Shown: piece after piece, positions 50,101 to 62,449 of the stretch
How the letters are laid out: each line of letters opens with the position of its first letter
Numbering within the stretch: the first letter of the stretch is position 1
Assembly: GCA_032718475.1 (NCBI GenBank)
Contig: JAUCBJ010004109.1
Span: 31,452 to 95,451, forward strand
Direction: 5' to 3'
Length of the DNA: 64,000 bases
Source of the DNA: Nemertoderma westbladi
Taxonomy: Eukaryota > Animalia > Xenacoelomorpha
Notes under the pieces: model-generated
What the model was told of the DNA's origin: nothing
Database searches by the model: none
The model's input: the letters and a program-made list of their open reading frames with translations, nothing else
Program-made: the position numbers and the translations under genes

Positions 50101-50673
50101 CGGCGGGGGAACCGGGAGTCTGTGCCGCTTTACGTAACGACAGGTCACCCTAGTTGGTGCCGCGGCTCGTCCTGTGGGCACCGCAATGCGCACACCGCAT
50201 TGCCGCGCGCTACACATTGTACCACCTCGCGCGTCAACCATAAAACTTATAAGGAAACCTCCGGCGCGCAATGAACCCGACTGGTAAACATTATCGCTTC
50301 CGGTGCTCCCGGACGAATACAAAGCCCTCGTTGCGCCATCGTCAATGTTAAAGAAAACGTCCCCGTAGTAACTCGCGGACAGTCGAGAGGTCCCAGACAC
50401 CCTGGATAGGTCGCTGGTCCCGCTGTCTGGACGAGAGTCCGTGAGGAACTGCTCGTAGGAGCGGAACGAGTCGGTTGAGGAACGAGGTCTGGAACCGCGT
50501 TCCATCGGTGGTGGGAGTGCCAATGTCGGGACCTCGGCTACGCGAATCAGCGGGAGTGAGTCGTCGCCCATCGTCTTTATCTCCTCAGTAGAGACCTCGG
50601 GGGGCGCCGCATGCTGGACAACATCTGTCTCATCTTCCTGTATCAACTCATCTTCTTCTACAACCTCGGGAAC
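47167..50673 (-). CDS. ANK: Ankyrin, last coding exon (ZU5-ZU5-UPA-death domain-tail)
   Basis: GFLISFMVDARGG, PPPLMEGEGLAARVIEM, FSPVVTVEPRRRRFHK, VPYMAKFVVFAKR, DDKVDKTLERQEHFEEIARSRDVEV, death domain HLGVDWKPLAMRLG; acceptor TTTCCAG|GTT at 50674/50673. Confidence 0.93.
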   Translation of the reverse strand, partial: VPEVVEEDELIQEDETDVVQHAAPPEVSTEEIKTMGDDSLPLIRVAEVPTLALPPPMERGSRPRSSTDSFRSYEQFLTDSRPDSGTSDLSRVSGTSRLSASYYGDVFFNIDDGATRALYSSGSTGSDNVYQSGSLRAGGFLISFMVDARGGTMCSARQCGVRIAVPTGRAAAPTRVTCRYVKRHRLPVPPPLMEGEGLAARVIEMAPAGMALLGPVSLQVPHFASLRGREREIVVLRSNDGSQWVEHFSHCTREEILETIRFSDDNEIADNERSGDNQSTRVTRIITKSFPMYFALVSRIRQETKIIDEEGGVISSTVVPKILVSIPEGTLKKEITVGLQVQPVCDDLVKKAVNDAVTSQLSFSPVVTVEPRRRRFHKRVIVTIPTPKWFDPSNPKSLRLVSSIAGGTSASHWEDITDRNPLSFVPDGSTVSFETNLSARFWLVNQPGDGVFDAAGFAHLVHKELVPVPYMAKFVVFAKRHDPHEARMRVFCVTDDKVDKTLERQEHFEEIARSRDVEVLEGKPQFIECTGNLVPVLKSGELLRLNFFAFRENRLAFFLRVRDMETDAAGRLGFFRESRSSALRRQETPVPVCSLNVTLPEHDGSQPIGPLVVNFASLDLRRRRASLNELGLSPNSSYERAQFRLQGIAEHLGVDWKPLAMRLGLGRELVENLENQYGKEHAAAAYAMLHYWAEREGVEATGKRLGDSLTAIGRDDINAVCMGRVFKFRKTVIDDITYETIERDARGRASMAMMAPPRVVARPESTSTRHDSTSRRPESTSTRPESTSTRPESTSTRPESTSTRPESTSTRSESTSARIESRSTRSQYSTTRTESSSIRIDSTSVNTAPPQVYEVVSQVKENVQQENENAPQENEYALQENEQVNEIAPQVSSINMKLNTAPTEQLNISVVGGLPPDPPKRTAPLSPAYIDIGRLVLYDEPSVPLRVSEEPSAPQQVGEELFTESRPQRAITAPQLSLDDEPFIDEVDSAAAVDWSFWCPPAPGSSASSDDEAFRRAVEPLDNVEEDCAFVTSVRAAPVAMQQRVAMETVEHTKRKITRVILVDKEGLKREIVLEDGKVADDISEEDRELVSRAMNPGGDEDSDVTTTRRIVVRRQVVKRTVIRDGEPPEESVTVTTDGPSPETLRSDLQQVVDSFMDPVGGHTESEV

Positions 50674-50901
50674 CTGGAAAAATAATTATAAATAGATTAA
50701 ATTAAAAGGAATACATTAAGAGTGGAATATGAATTGGAAATTTTTTAGGCTCATTAAGGCAAGGAATACCTGATCACGTAGACCAAGCTGCTGCTTTGTG
50801 TGGAATATTTACAACAAATGGCTTTCAAAACCGTGTTTAGAGGGCTATGACACAACAACTGCAAGAAGTCAAAATTTAATTTCATTAAATGAAATTAAAC
50901 T

Positions 50902-51370
50902 ACTAGTGTCAAGCTTAGGGGAACCAATGAGACACCTCCAATGTAATATAGTGTCCGATTGGAGATGTGTGCATTGTACTCATTTAGGAATCGCGTAATT
51001 TTTCTTGAAATTAATATCTCATATCTCTCCAAATAGTACATTGTACTTCACATTGTACTTGACACAGTGAACCCGGCGTAGCATTCTTGTGAATATGCCA
51101 TCCAGAGATTTGCTGTCCTCCGTAGTTAGAGCCCAGCATGGACTACCAAATAAATTTATTTTAATTTTTTTTCCCATATAGGAGTATTGTAACTATAGTG
51201 CTGTTCTAAATAATTGGACCTTAAGTTTCCGATGTATTCTGTGCGACTTACAAATCCTGGAAAGCCTATTCAAGGCTGTCGATGCCTTTCCATTACGTAT
51301 TCCAAGGTCCTCACCTGACTTCCGGATCCATGATCCCAGGTAACATAAGTCGTCTACATGCTCAGGCATA
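50902..51370 (-). mobile_element. Decayed RTE-like fragment in the ankyrin intron
   Basis: Colinear with 4540-4900 (GTGTCAAGCTT...GGATCCATGATCCCAGGTAAC) with indels. Confidence 0.8.
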
Positions 51371-51565
51371 GCTTTTTTTCTTTCAAAGTTAATTTAAAGT
51401 CCCTTCAAAGTCTTCTGTACTAAATGGTATACAAAGTCTTATCCAATTCGTTGCTTGTCCCATAACTAAAAATCCGCGAAACTTTCAGTTTCGTTGAATA
51501 TAAATTAGTACTGGCAGCGATAAGAGCTTCACCAGTATGTATGGCGTAGGTGAATACATGTTTGT

Positions 51566-51867
51566 TGGGGCTTCGCGCAGCACGAAGTGAGCAAAGCCTT
51601 TAGCATATGGGCACCATTAACGAGTTGTCTGCCGTCTTCAACACAATACTCGTCCTCCTCTTGTGCTTCGTTGCGCTCGTTCGTTTTTGACCAAAGTTCA
51701 GATTCTTTCTAAACTTTTGACGGACTACATACATACCAAGTTTCTTTAATTTCATCGAGGAATAACCGAGTTATTAGCGATCAAAAATTTACGACGACGA
51801 CGAAGACAGTAAACTCGCCAATGGCACCCATATGCTAAGGCTTCGCTCACTTCGTGGCTCGCGCCAC
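51566..51867 (-). mobile_element. Short HINE-related element with long subterminal inverted repeat
   Basis: Termini resemble the HINE family (TGGGGCTTCGCGCAGCACG / CTTCGTGGCTCGCGCCAC); ~37-bp IR; short (GAC)n. Confidence 0.6.
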
Positions 51868-51967
51868 AGCTCAATACTTATTAATATTATGAATGAAATA
51901 ATAATGTGTCTCTGTCATATATACGGTATACTAGACAAATTTACGAAAGTGATAGAAAGTTACAAAC

Positions 51968-52546
51968 CTGTAGTTTCAGTTTTGAAACCAACGTCCACTC
52001 GACGTCCGTTGTCGTGACGACCTTAAGCGTATCAATAACCGAAACGTAACCGAACCTGGTGGCCAACGCTAGGGGCGTGACTCCGGGTGTGTTTGCACTG
52101 ACATTGGGGTCGGCCCCGTGCGCGAGGAGAGTCTCTATCAATGGGAGATGGCCGTGTTGCGCCGCCAAGTGGAGCGGCGTGTACCCGTTGCTCGCAGCAA
52201 CTGCATTGGGATTGGCCCCGCGACGCAGCAGGAACTCGGCGGCCTGCCGCTTACCGAAGTGCGAGGCTACGTGCAGCGGCGTGTAGCCGGCGTTGGTTCG
52301 CGCGTCGATGGTGGCCCCCGCATCCAGTAATGTCTCGCACGCGCCGACTTGGTCCTCCTGGGCCGCCGTGTGCAGCGGACGCAGCCCGTTCTTCGCTGTC
52401 GCGTCCACCCCAGCATCCCGCTCCAGTAGTAACTTCATGACTTCGACGTTACCGCCTAGCGACGCTAGATGGAGCGAAGTAAAGCCCCGGTTCGTTCTGA
52501 TGTCAACATCGACTCCGAAATCTAGTAATTTTTTCGCAATTTCAAC
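51968..52546 (-). CDS. ANK: Ankyrin, internal exon with the last ANK repeats (upstream exons not seen in this window)
   Basis: GFTSLHLA, GLRPLHTAA, GYTPLHVA, GYTPLHLAA, GVTPLALA; acceptor TTTTCCGCAG and donor CAG|GTTTGT; 579 nt, phase 0-0; splices to give KLKLQ|VPEV. Confidence 0.9.
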
Positions 52547-52914
52547 CTGCGGAAAACCAGCAAAATACATTACTGTTATATTATACAGCATATTAAGTGC
52601 TGATATCAGGTAAAAAGGGATTAAGTTGGACGGGATGACAATCTAGGCAGGTGTTCAGCAAAAATTACATAAATGAAGTGAAGTATGTGAGCATGGATAT
52701 TATCACTAGAGAAATTTAACTAATATTTCTTCAAAAAGTATAATCTCGCATTTATACTACGTGGTGTTCAAAATTTCGAGCAACAACAAGGATGTCTGAA
52801 AGTCAATTACTGAGTCTCTCACCATAGAATAGAAAGACAAGACCCCAGGTCTCATCACCAAACTCAAACCCTGCAACGTGATGCCATTTACAAGTGCCAT
52901 CTGACCGAACTCCC

Positions 52915-55900
52915 GGTAATTGTGAAAAATATCGAGAGTAAAAATATCGAGAGTAAAAATATCGAGAGTAAAAATATCGAGAGTAAAAATATCGTGAGTA
53001 AAAATATCGAGAGTAAAAATATCGAGAGTAAAAATATCGAGAGTAAAAATATCAAGTGTTGAAAAATATCGAGAGTAAAAAGATCAAGAGTAAAAAGATC
53101 AAGAGTAAAAAGATCAAGAGTAAAAACATCGATAGTAATAATATCGAGAGTAAAAATATCGTGAGTAAAAATATCGAGAGTAAAAATATCGTGAGTAAAA
53201 ATATCGAGAGTAAAAATATCGAGAGTAAAAATATCGAGAGTAAAAATATCAAGTGTTGAAAAATATCGAGAGTAAAAAGATCAAGAGTAAAAAGATCAAG
53301 AGTAAAAAGATCAAGAGTAAAAATATCGAGAGTAAAAATATCGAGAGTAAAAATATCGAGAGTAAAAATATCGAGATTAAAAATATCAAGTGTTGAAAAA
53401 TATCGAAAATATCGACAGTAAACATATCGAGAGTAAAAATATCGAGAGTAAAAATATCGAGATTAAAAATATCAAGTGTTGAAAAATATCGAGAGTAAAA
53501 AGATCAAGAGTAAAAAGATCAAGAGTAAAAACATCGATAGTAATAATATCGAGAGTAAAAATATCGTGAGTAAAAATATCGAGAGTAAAAATATCGAGAG
53601 TAAAAATATCGAGAGTAAAAATATCGAGAGTAAAAATAACGCGAGATGAAAAATATCGAAAATATCTACAGTAAACATATCGAGAGTAAAAATATAAAGA
53701 GAAAAAATATCGAGAGTAAAAATATCGAGAGTAAAAATATCGATAGAAAAAATATCGAGAGTAAAAATATCGAGAGTAAAAATATCGAGAGTAAAAATAT
53801 CGAGAGTAAAAATATCGAGAGTAAAAATATCGAGAGTAAAAATATCGAGGGTAAAAATATCGAGAGTAAAAACATCGCGAGATGAAAAATATCGAAAATA
53901 TCGACAGTAAACATATCGAGAGTAAAAATATCGAGAGTAAAAATATCGAGATTAAAAATATCAAGTGTTGAAAAATATCGAAAATATCGACAGTAAACAT
54001 ATCGAGAGTAAAAATATCGAGAGTAAAAATATCGAGATTAAAAATATCAAGTGTTGAAAAATATCGAGAGTAAAAAGATCAAGAGTAAAAACATCGATAG
54101 TAATGATATCGAGAGTAAAAATATCGTGAGTAAAAATATCGAGAGTAAAAATATCGAGAGTAAAAATATCGAGAGTAAAAATAACGTGTATTGAAAAATA
54201 TCGAGAGTAAAAATAACGCGAGATGAAAAATATCGAAAATATCTACAGTAAACATATCGAGAGTAAAAATATCGAGAGTAAAAATATCAAGAGAAAAAAT
54301 ATCGAGGGTAAAAATATCGAGAGTAAAAATATCGAGAGTAAAAATATCGAGAGTAAAAATATCGAGAGTAAAAACATCGAGAGAAAAAATATCGAGAGTA
54401 AAAATATCGAGAGTAAAAATATCGAGAGTAAAAATATCGAGAGTAAAAATAACGTGTATTGAAAAATATCGAGAGTAAAAATAACGCGAGATGAAAAATA
54501 TCGAAAATATCTACAGTAAACATATCGAGAGTAAAAATATCGTGAGTAAAAATATCGAGAGTAAAAATATCGAGAGTAAAAATAACGTGTATTGAAAAAT
54601 ATCGAGAGTAAAAATAACGCGAGATGAAAAATATCGAAAATATCTACAGTAAACATATCGAGAGTAAAAATATCAAGAGAAAAAATATCGAGAGTAAAAA
54701 TATCGAGAGTAAAAATATCGAGAGAAAAAATATCGAGAGTAAAAATATCGAGAGTAAAAATATCGAGAGTAAAAATATCGAGAGTAAAAATAACGTGTAT
54801 TGAAAAATATCGAGAGTAAAAATAACGAGAGATGAAAAATATCGAAAATATCTACAGTAAACATATCGAGAGTAAAAATATCAAGAGAAAAAATATCGAG
54901 AGTAAAAATATCGAGAGTAAAAATATCGAGAGAAAAAATATCGAGAGTAAAAATATCGAGAGTAAAAATATCGAGAGTAAAAATATCGAGAGTAAAAATA
55001 ACGTGTATTGAAAAATATCGAGAGTAAAAATAACGAGAGATGAAAAATATCGAAAATATCTACAGTAAACATATCGAGAGTAAAAATATCGTGAGTAAAA
55101 ATATCGAGAGTAAAAATATCGAGAGTAAAAATATCGAGAGTAAAAATAACGTGTATTGAAAAATATCGAGAGTAAAAATAACGCGAGATGAAAAATATCG
55201 AAAATATCTACAGTAAACATATCGAGAGTAAAAATATCGAAAGTAAAAATATCGAGAGTAAAAGTATCGAGAGTAAAAATATCGAGAGTAAAACTATCGA
55301 GAGTAAAAATATCGAAAGTAAAAATATAGAGATTAAAAATATCGAGAGTAAAAATATCGAGTGTTGAAAAATATCGAGAGTAAAAATAACGTGTATTGAA
55401 AAATATCGAGAGTAAAAATAACGCGAGATGAAAAATATCGAAAATATCTACAGTAAACATATCGAGAGTAAAAATATCGTGAGTAAAAATATCGAGAGTA
55501 AAAATATCGAGAGTAAAAATATCGAGAGTAAAAATAACGTGTATTGAAAAATATCGAGAGTAAAAATAACGAGAGATGAAAAATATCGAAAATATCTACA
55601 GTAAACATATCGAGAGTAAAAATATCGTGAGTAAAAATATCGAGAGTAAAAATATCGAGAGTAAAAATATCGAGAGTAAAAATAACGTGTATTGAAAAAT
55701 ATCGAGAGTAAAAATAACGCGAGATGAAAAATATCGAAAATATCTACAGTAAACATATCGAGAGTAAAAATATCGAAAGTAAAAATATCGAGAGTAAAAG
55801 TATCGAGAGTAAAAATATCGAGAGTAAAAGTATCGAGAGTAAAAATATCGAAAGTAAAAATATCGAGAGCTAAAAATATCGAGAGTAAAAATATTGAGAG

Positions 55901-57061
55901 TAAAAATATCGAGAGTAAAAATATCGAGAGTAAAAATAACGTGTATTGAAAAATAACGCGATTAAAAAATATCGAGAGTAAACATATCGAGTGTTGAAAA
56001 ATATCGAGAGCTAAAAATATCGAGAGTAAAAATATCGAGAGTAAAAATATCAAGAGTAAAAATATCGAGAGTAAAAATAACGTGTATTGAAAAATATCGA
56101 GAGTAAAAATAACGCGAGATGAAAAATATCGAAAATATCTACAGTAAACATATCGAGAGTAAAAATATCAAGAGTAAAAATATCGAGAGTAAAAATATCG
56201 AGAGTAAAAATATCGAGAGTAAAAATATCGAGAGTAAAAATATCGAGAGTAAAAATAACGTGTATTGAAAAATATCGAGAGTAAAAATAACGCGAGATGA
56301 AAAATATCGAAAACATCTACAGTAAAAATATCGAGAGTAAAAATATCGAGATTGAAAATATCGAGAGTAAAAATATCGAGAGTAAAAATATAGACATTAA
56401 AAATATCGAGAGTAAAAATATAGAGATCAAAAATATCGAGAGTAAAAATATCGAGTGTTGAAAAATATCGAGAGCTAAAAATATCGAGAGTAAAAATATT
56501 GAGAGTAAAAATATCGAGAGTAAAAATATCGAGAGTAAAAATAACGTGTATTGAAAAATAACGCGATTAAAAAATATCGAGAGTAAAAATATCGAGTGTT
56601 GAAAAATATCGAGAGCTAAAAATATCGAGAGTAAAAATATCAAAAGTAAAAATATCGAGAGTAAAAATATCGAGAGTAAAAATATCGAGAGTAAAAATAA
56701 CGTGTATTGAAAAATATCGAGAGTAAAAATAACGCGAGATGAAAAATATCGAAAATATCGACAGTAAACATATCGAGAGTAAAAATATCGAGAGTAAAAA
56801 TATCGAGAGTAAAAAATATTGAGAGTAAAAATATCGAGAGTAAAAATATCGAGATTAAAAATATCGAGAGTAAAAATATCGAGTGTTGAAAAATATCGAG
56901 AGCTAAAAATATCGAGAGTAAAAATATTGAGAGTAAAAATATCGAGAGTAAAAATATCGAGAGTAAAAATAACGTGTATTGAAAAATAACGCGATTAAAA
57001 AATATCGAGAGTAAAAATATCGAGTGTTGAAAAATATCGTGAGTAAAAATATCAAGAGTAA
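52915..57061 (+). repeat. 15-bp satellite AAAAATATCGAGAGT with higher-order blocks, ~4.1 kb, intronic
   Basis: Direct tandem array; recurring variant blocks (AACGTGTATTG, AACGCGAGATG, CTACAGTAAAC); begins with a MITE-like terminus GGTAATTGTGAAAAATATCGAG. Confidence 0.97.
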
Positions 57062-58711
57062 CAATTTTTTTAATAAGGGTTGTATGATAATTTTTTTCCT
57101 AAAAATGGTCTAGAATAAAAAAATGTGCGTGTGCATATGCAAAAAAAAAACGTTGACCAAATTGCAGCAAATGAAAATTTATAGAACTCTCTCCATATCA
57201 AAATATTTAAATATTGTAAAAAAAACTGGCCTCTTTTTAAGAGGCCACTTCAAGTGACCTGTTAGGCCGTATAAATATAGTAGGCCATGCTTCTATAATA
57301 TTTATTCAAAAAATAGCAAAAACTAGGTAGTACAATAAATCTGGTAAATGTAAGTGAATTAATGCCATTTATTTGCACTTGCACTGTTGCACCCCATGTT
57401 CCAGATCCTGCCTGCCCATTATTACACGTTCGTGGGGCCTTCGCGCAGCACGAGGCTCAGTTATGAGATACAGATTAATTGTATCACAAACTCGGTATCT
57501 AATAAATTTAACCAAACACCAGTAAATCATAGAGAGGGAAAAGCCCCCCCCCCCCCCCCCCCCCCTTAACCTCCCGCTTGTTGCCTTAAATCAGTTCAGT
57601 TGCCAGTTGTTGCTAATCAGTTGTTGTCAGTTACTTTATTGTATCGCTGTCGTTTTTTATACTTGATTTTAGTCCACCATTCTGCAACATTCTGACCTAC
57701 TTACTGCTGTTAATAAAATATAACCGAAATATAAAAACATATGTTTTCACCATTCATTGACACAACTGAACCCACCCTCTCCCCATCTCTCTCCCCTTCT
57801 CTACGACAAACCACTTCACACTGTGCTCATCCCACAGTGCTGCTGGCTGCAATGTCACCACCACCTGGTGCATTGGCTGGGAAACTACTCAATTAAACAA
57901 ATTCACTACGTATCCCAATGTTGATCGAATCGATAAACTGCCATATGGTCCAGTTGAGCCAGACTGCGAAGTCGTAGAACTCAATACAAACTTTCTAAAA
58001 CGGAATCGGACGACAGCGAAATCACATGTAATTAATTAGACTCATTAACCGAATAAGCAACCATATCGAAGGTCAGGGCAGCCGCAGTGCGTTAAAATTA
58101 CAGCTGGATATCACCCGCTCATATCCCAGAATCGACAACCGTTAGACAGGTCAGCCAAAAAATTACTGACCTTTATAGCCTCATTCAAAGTGCTGGCGCA
58201 AAATGTTATACCCTCGAATGCCCAACGCATGGCACTCATTTCCCATTTCATCGCATCTCTCTGCCTCAAGGATATTCGGGAGTTGCCCAAACTGATAAAC
58301 AACAACTTCCATTCCTTGGAGAGTTTCAATTTAAAATTGTGGGTTTGTCTCTGACCTGATCCTCTGGTTGAGGAGCACCCCACTAGGCTTCAGAACAAGT
58401 GGTCCAAGCGAGTTTACTTCGCCCAACCCTCCGTTCTCGTACTCAATCAATTCTAAATCAGACACTTCGTTTCATTGCCATGGAGATTTTCTTTTCGTTA
58501 TAATTGTTCGTCGTCACTCTCACTTTCTGATGTATTTGAAAAATGGCACTTCATTCAGTAAAGATTGAAATCGATGTTAATGTTCTAGAACATCAACCCT
58601 AAAAAATACATTTACTTTTAGTACAAGCTAGTATTTCTTGACTAACTTGTGTTTTAAAACAAATAACTAATTCTTTTTGCATGGTAAATAATTCACTATA
58701 CTATGCATTTT

Positions 58712-59600
58712 ATTTACCGAGCGTCAGCGAGGTTAATAAAGGGTCGAGAGAATACTGAAAAAAAATGTTCTTACGTTTTTTTTTCTCATGTAATACGGAA
58801 TTTTATTCTTAAATTTGTACTTTTTTTGTTGCTAAATTCTTTAATAAAACGTACAACGATACAGTGGTACAAAATAAATTGAACTATAGTATTTTACTAT
58901 ATTGCTTCCAAAGTTATATACTGCAATTCAATTCAAATTACTGTACTCTTCAAATCCTGATGCTGCCTTACTCAATGTTAAATAATTTAGTGTTCCCGAA
59001 TATTTGTTACGTAACTAGAGAGCCGCTTAACAACATAAATCAATATTGGATATTGAGTTCCGTTTTGGTGTACGCCGCACAGACACTAAATTTGCAATAA
59101 CTTTTGAGTGAGTGCCTGGATTTTGCTAAAATTACGTGCAAACATTTTCTACGTCAATGCTCTTTGAACACATTTAATAACATTTAAGATATTCCACCAA
59201 AAAATTTTTATTTTAATTTTTTCGCCGGGAAAAAAAAGTAAAATCAATGCAATCCTATGGGTCCTATTTCCTATTTTTCAATCCTATTTTTTCCCTAGGA
59301 AAAAAAGTTTTTCTCCCGATTTTGGTCTAAATTCGATCGAAAAAATAACAATTTAAGAATAAAATAAATTATATCTATCAATGGGTTGCAATTTTCTTAT
59401 CATCCGAAAAGTGACGTCAAATTCCTCATGGAAAACAGCTACTGCTAGCAAATCATCAACACATGCTAACTATGATAAAACTTATATACCCTTATGTAGT
59501 CTCTCTTTCTTGACATACCATACCTAGTACCTACAATGCAATTAATAATTATTATTGTTACATTTCTGGTTTACTTAACGCTCGTCTATGGACGAGCTTT
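58712..59600 (+). mobile_element. Possible second HINE/Helitron-like element
   Basis: 5' ACCGAGCGTCAGCGAGG; 3' ACGCTCG subterminal inverse overlapping hairpin GCTCGTC-TATG-GACGAGC (59580-59597); similar 5' end near 23475. Confidence 0.35.
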
Positions 59601-60104
59601 AAATATTCCCCTATTTATTTATTTATCGTTCACGCTGTCTTGGTTACTATTAATAACAGAGTGTATTATTAGCTATTTCTTGTTGCAGTTACCTAATATA
59701 CGAAATTACCTAATATAAGGGCTTGTTTATTTTATACTAGCTAGTATTTTCGTCAACATGTTACTTATTGTGTTTATAATTCTATTAAATTTTTTAAAAT
59801 AGTTCAAAATTAATATTTTTTTTGCTGGTTTATAAAAATGTTCCAGAATTTTTTTGTAACTTCTTAAGAGGTCTAGAACATAGTGCTAGAAATTTGGTAT
59901 ATAATGGCGAAAATGTTTGTGAATCGTAACAAAACATACAAGATACTAGTAGTATAGTATGTATAACCGGTATAAGTAAAGTTTGTATAGAGCAAATTTG
60001 TAAGAACCTTTGTGATTTTATTGGTGTTATTGTTGTCTTTATTTATATTGGTGAATGTTCTGAAAAATTACTAGATATTTTTTTATGGTAACTAGTGATT
60101 TTTT

Positions 60105-62449
60105 AAATTTAAATTATAAATTTCTTTGTCTCACCTTCCTTTTCCTGAGAAAATCAACAAACAGATTTAAAAATTAAAAAAACCATCACACAACTTAAAT
60201 AACATCTTGCGAACACATCAAGGTCAATATAAAATCAAATAGAGTCTAATGTCGCAGAAACAGGCCCATTATTTGGGTACAGAGTAATTTACACAAGTAT
60301 CAAAATATTAATTTTAAGTGGAGATTTCGTGTACCTTTACTCAACTATTTGCTCCCATATTTGTAATTATTTTTAACTATCACTACACAGCTCAGTAGCA
60401 TGGTGATACTTCCTGTCATATTGTACACATTCGGGTGATATTTACAGTCCACGTAATCATAGCAACACACCAAATAAGACAATTTAATAAGAATTTAATT
60501 TACAGTATAACTAACTATAATGCAGTTTACCTTAGTTACCTTACCAGAGTTTTGAGAGATTAAATGTGACATACGTCGCATAGCTAAAACCGTCAACTGT
60601 TAGTCAACATCATATCGTGACTTGGGGAATATTGTTTAATACAAATAAAATAAAAAATAAAGATTTTCACTATCACTTGCATCTGCCTATTATTATTATG
60701 ACTTGATGGAAATGGATAGTGATGAACATATTCGTACTATTAAAAGGAAAACTTGCCCGAGTGTGGTTTGTGCAGAGACATGCATGCAAATAGTATGTGG
60801 AGCAAAGAAAACCATTAAGAAAGCCATTAAGAATTGCTTCAATTGACGAAAAGTTAAAATTAAAGGTGTCAGAACTACTACTACTATCGGTATGGTACAT
60901 TGCAGCTGCATTATCTATATTACATATATATTTAAAATGCTGTGTCGGCTTGTCGACAAAATTGCGACGCCACAACTCTCTGGCACCCATGACAATTGAT
61001 AGATCATCCGTATCTTCAACACCAGTGTCCTTTAAGAGGCGTCTCAAGAGATGTCCACCATGCTTATTCGCTCCATGAGGTAGCCAAAGCACAAGATTAT
61101 GCGTTGGTTAATCCTCACGCCCAAGGCAATGGTCTGCTTTCAAGTTTCAAGCTAGGGGAGACTACTGAAACAGCTCCAATGTTGTATAGAGTCTGGTTGG
61201 AGATGTGTTCCATTTTATATGACACAATGAACCCGGCGCAGCATTCTTGTGAAAGTGCCATCCAGAGATTTTGTATCCTCTGCAGTTAGAGCCCAGCATG
61301 GACTCCCATATAAGAGTACCTTATAAGAGCTGCCAGAAATAATCGAACCTTGAGGTACCGCTTTATACTGTGGGACTTCCAAATCCTGGATAGACTATTC
61401 AATGCTGCCCATATGCCTTCCCCATACTTATCCGAAGGTCTTCACATGACTTTCTGATCCATGATCCAAAGTAGCAGTACTCATCCACGTGCTCAAGAAA
61501 GCCATTCCTGGAGCTTACTCCTTTACGATCCGACATTTATTGAGGGCTGTCAAGTTTCACTGTCATAATTTTGGTCTTCTTGGAATTTACAAAAAGATAT
61601 ACACTTGAAGCAACCTGTTCCAATGAGCAGAGAAGCCTTTGGGCTACCTCGTTTATCGTTTTGGTTCGAATAACGTGCCACTGTAAACTGCTCCTTTCCC
61701 TAAATTGATAATTTAACATTGAGACAAAATATTAATTCGCCTAAATGGGAATTGTCCCCCCCCCCCCCCCCCCCCCCCACTGTCTCGACGGTGCATAGTG
61801 TGATGTACTTCTGTTGCAAAACTAATATCAGAATTTAGTGCGTTAACTATTAACTATAAGTATCTATAAACGCTCGATATACTTTAAAATAATACATATT
61901 TGTATTAAAGAATATTCCCCAAGTCAAGATAGGATGTTGACTAACAGTCGAAGGATATATCTATGCGACGTGTGTTACATTTAATCTCTCAAAACTCTGG
62001 TAAGGTAAACTAAGGTAAACTGCATTATAGTTAGTTATACTGTAAATTAAATTCTTATTAAAATGCCTTATTTGGTCTGTTGCTATGATAACGTGGACTG
62101 TAAAAGTCACCCGAATGTGTACAATATGACGGAAAAGTATCACAATGCTTCTTAGCTGTAGTGATATTTTTAAATAATTAAATAATTACAAATATGGGAG
62201 CAAATAGTTGAGTAAAGGTACACGAAATCTCCACTTAAAATTAATATTTTGATACTTGTGTAAATTACTCTGTACCCAAATAATGGGACTGTTTCTGCGA
62301 CATTAGACGCTATTTGATTTTATATTGACCTTGATGAGTTCCCAAGATGTCATTTAAGTTGTGTGATGGTTTTTTTTTAATTTTTAAAACTGTTTGTTGA
62401 TTTTCTCAGGAAAAGGAAAGGTGAGACAAACAATTCATAAATTAAATTT
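60105..62449. repeat. Long inverted repeat (arms ~60105-60647 and ~61897-62449)
   Basis: Arms are reverse complements over ~540 bp with scattered mismatches. Confidence 0.85.
60875..61649 (-). mobile_element. Decayed RTE-like 3' fragment
   Basis: Colinear with 4270-5050; remnant LWLPHGANKHGG...LKDTG...ELWRRNFVDKP; (TAG)n tail. Confidence 0.85.

Noticed and set aside
15076-52546. Five co-oriented genes as an operon
   Set aside because: Spacers are several kb with separate promoter-like motifs; co-orientation is plausible by chance.
53052-56643. Many SIFLL / KNIES / RYFYS ORFs
   Set aside because: Translations of the 15-bp satellite.
57840-58400. GC-richer stretch with partial open frames (possible gag remnant or ankyrin exon)
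   Set aside because: No recognisable motif, no ANK repeats on the minus strand, and the frames are broken.
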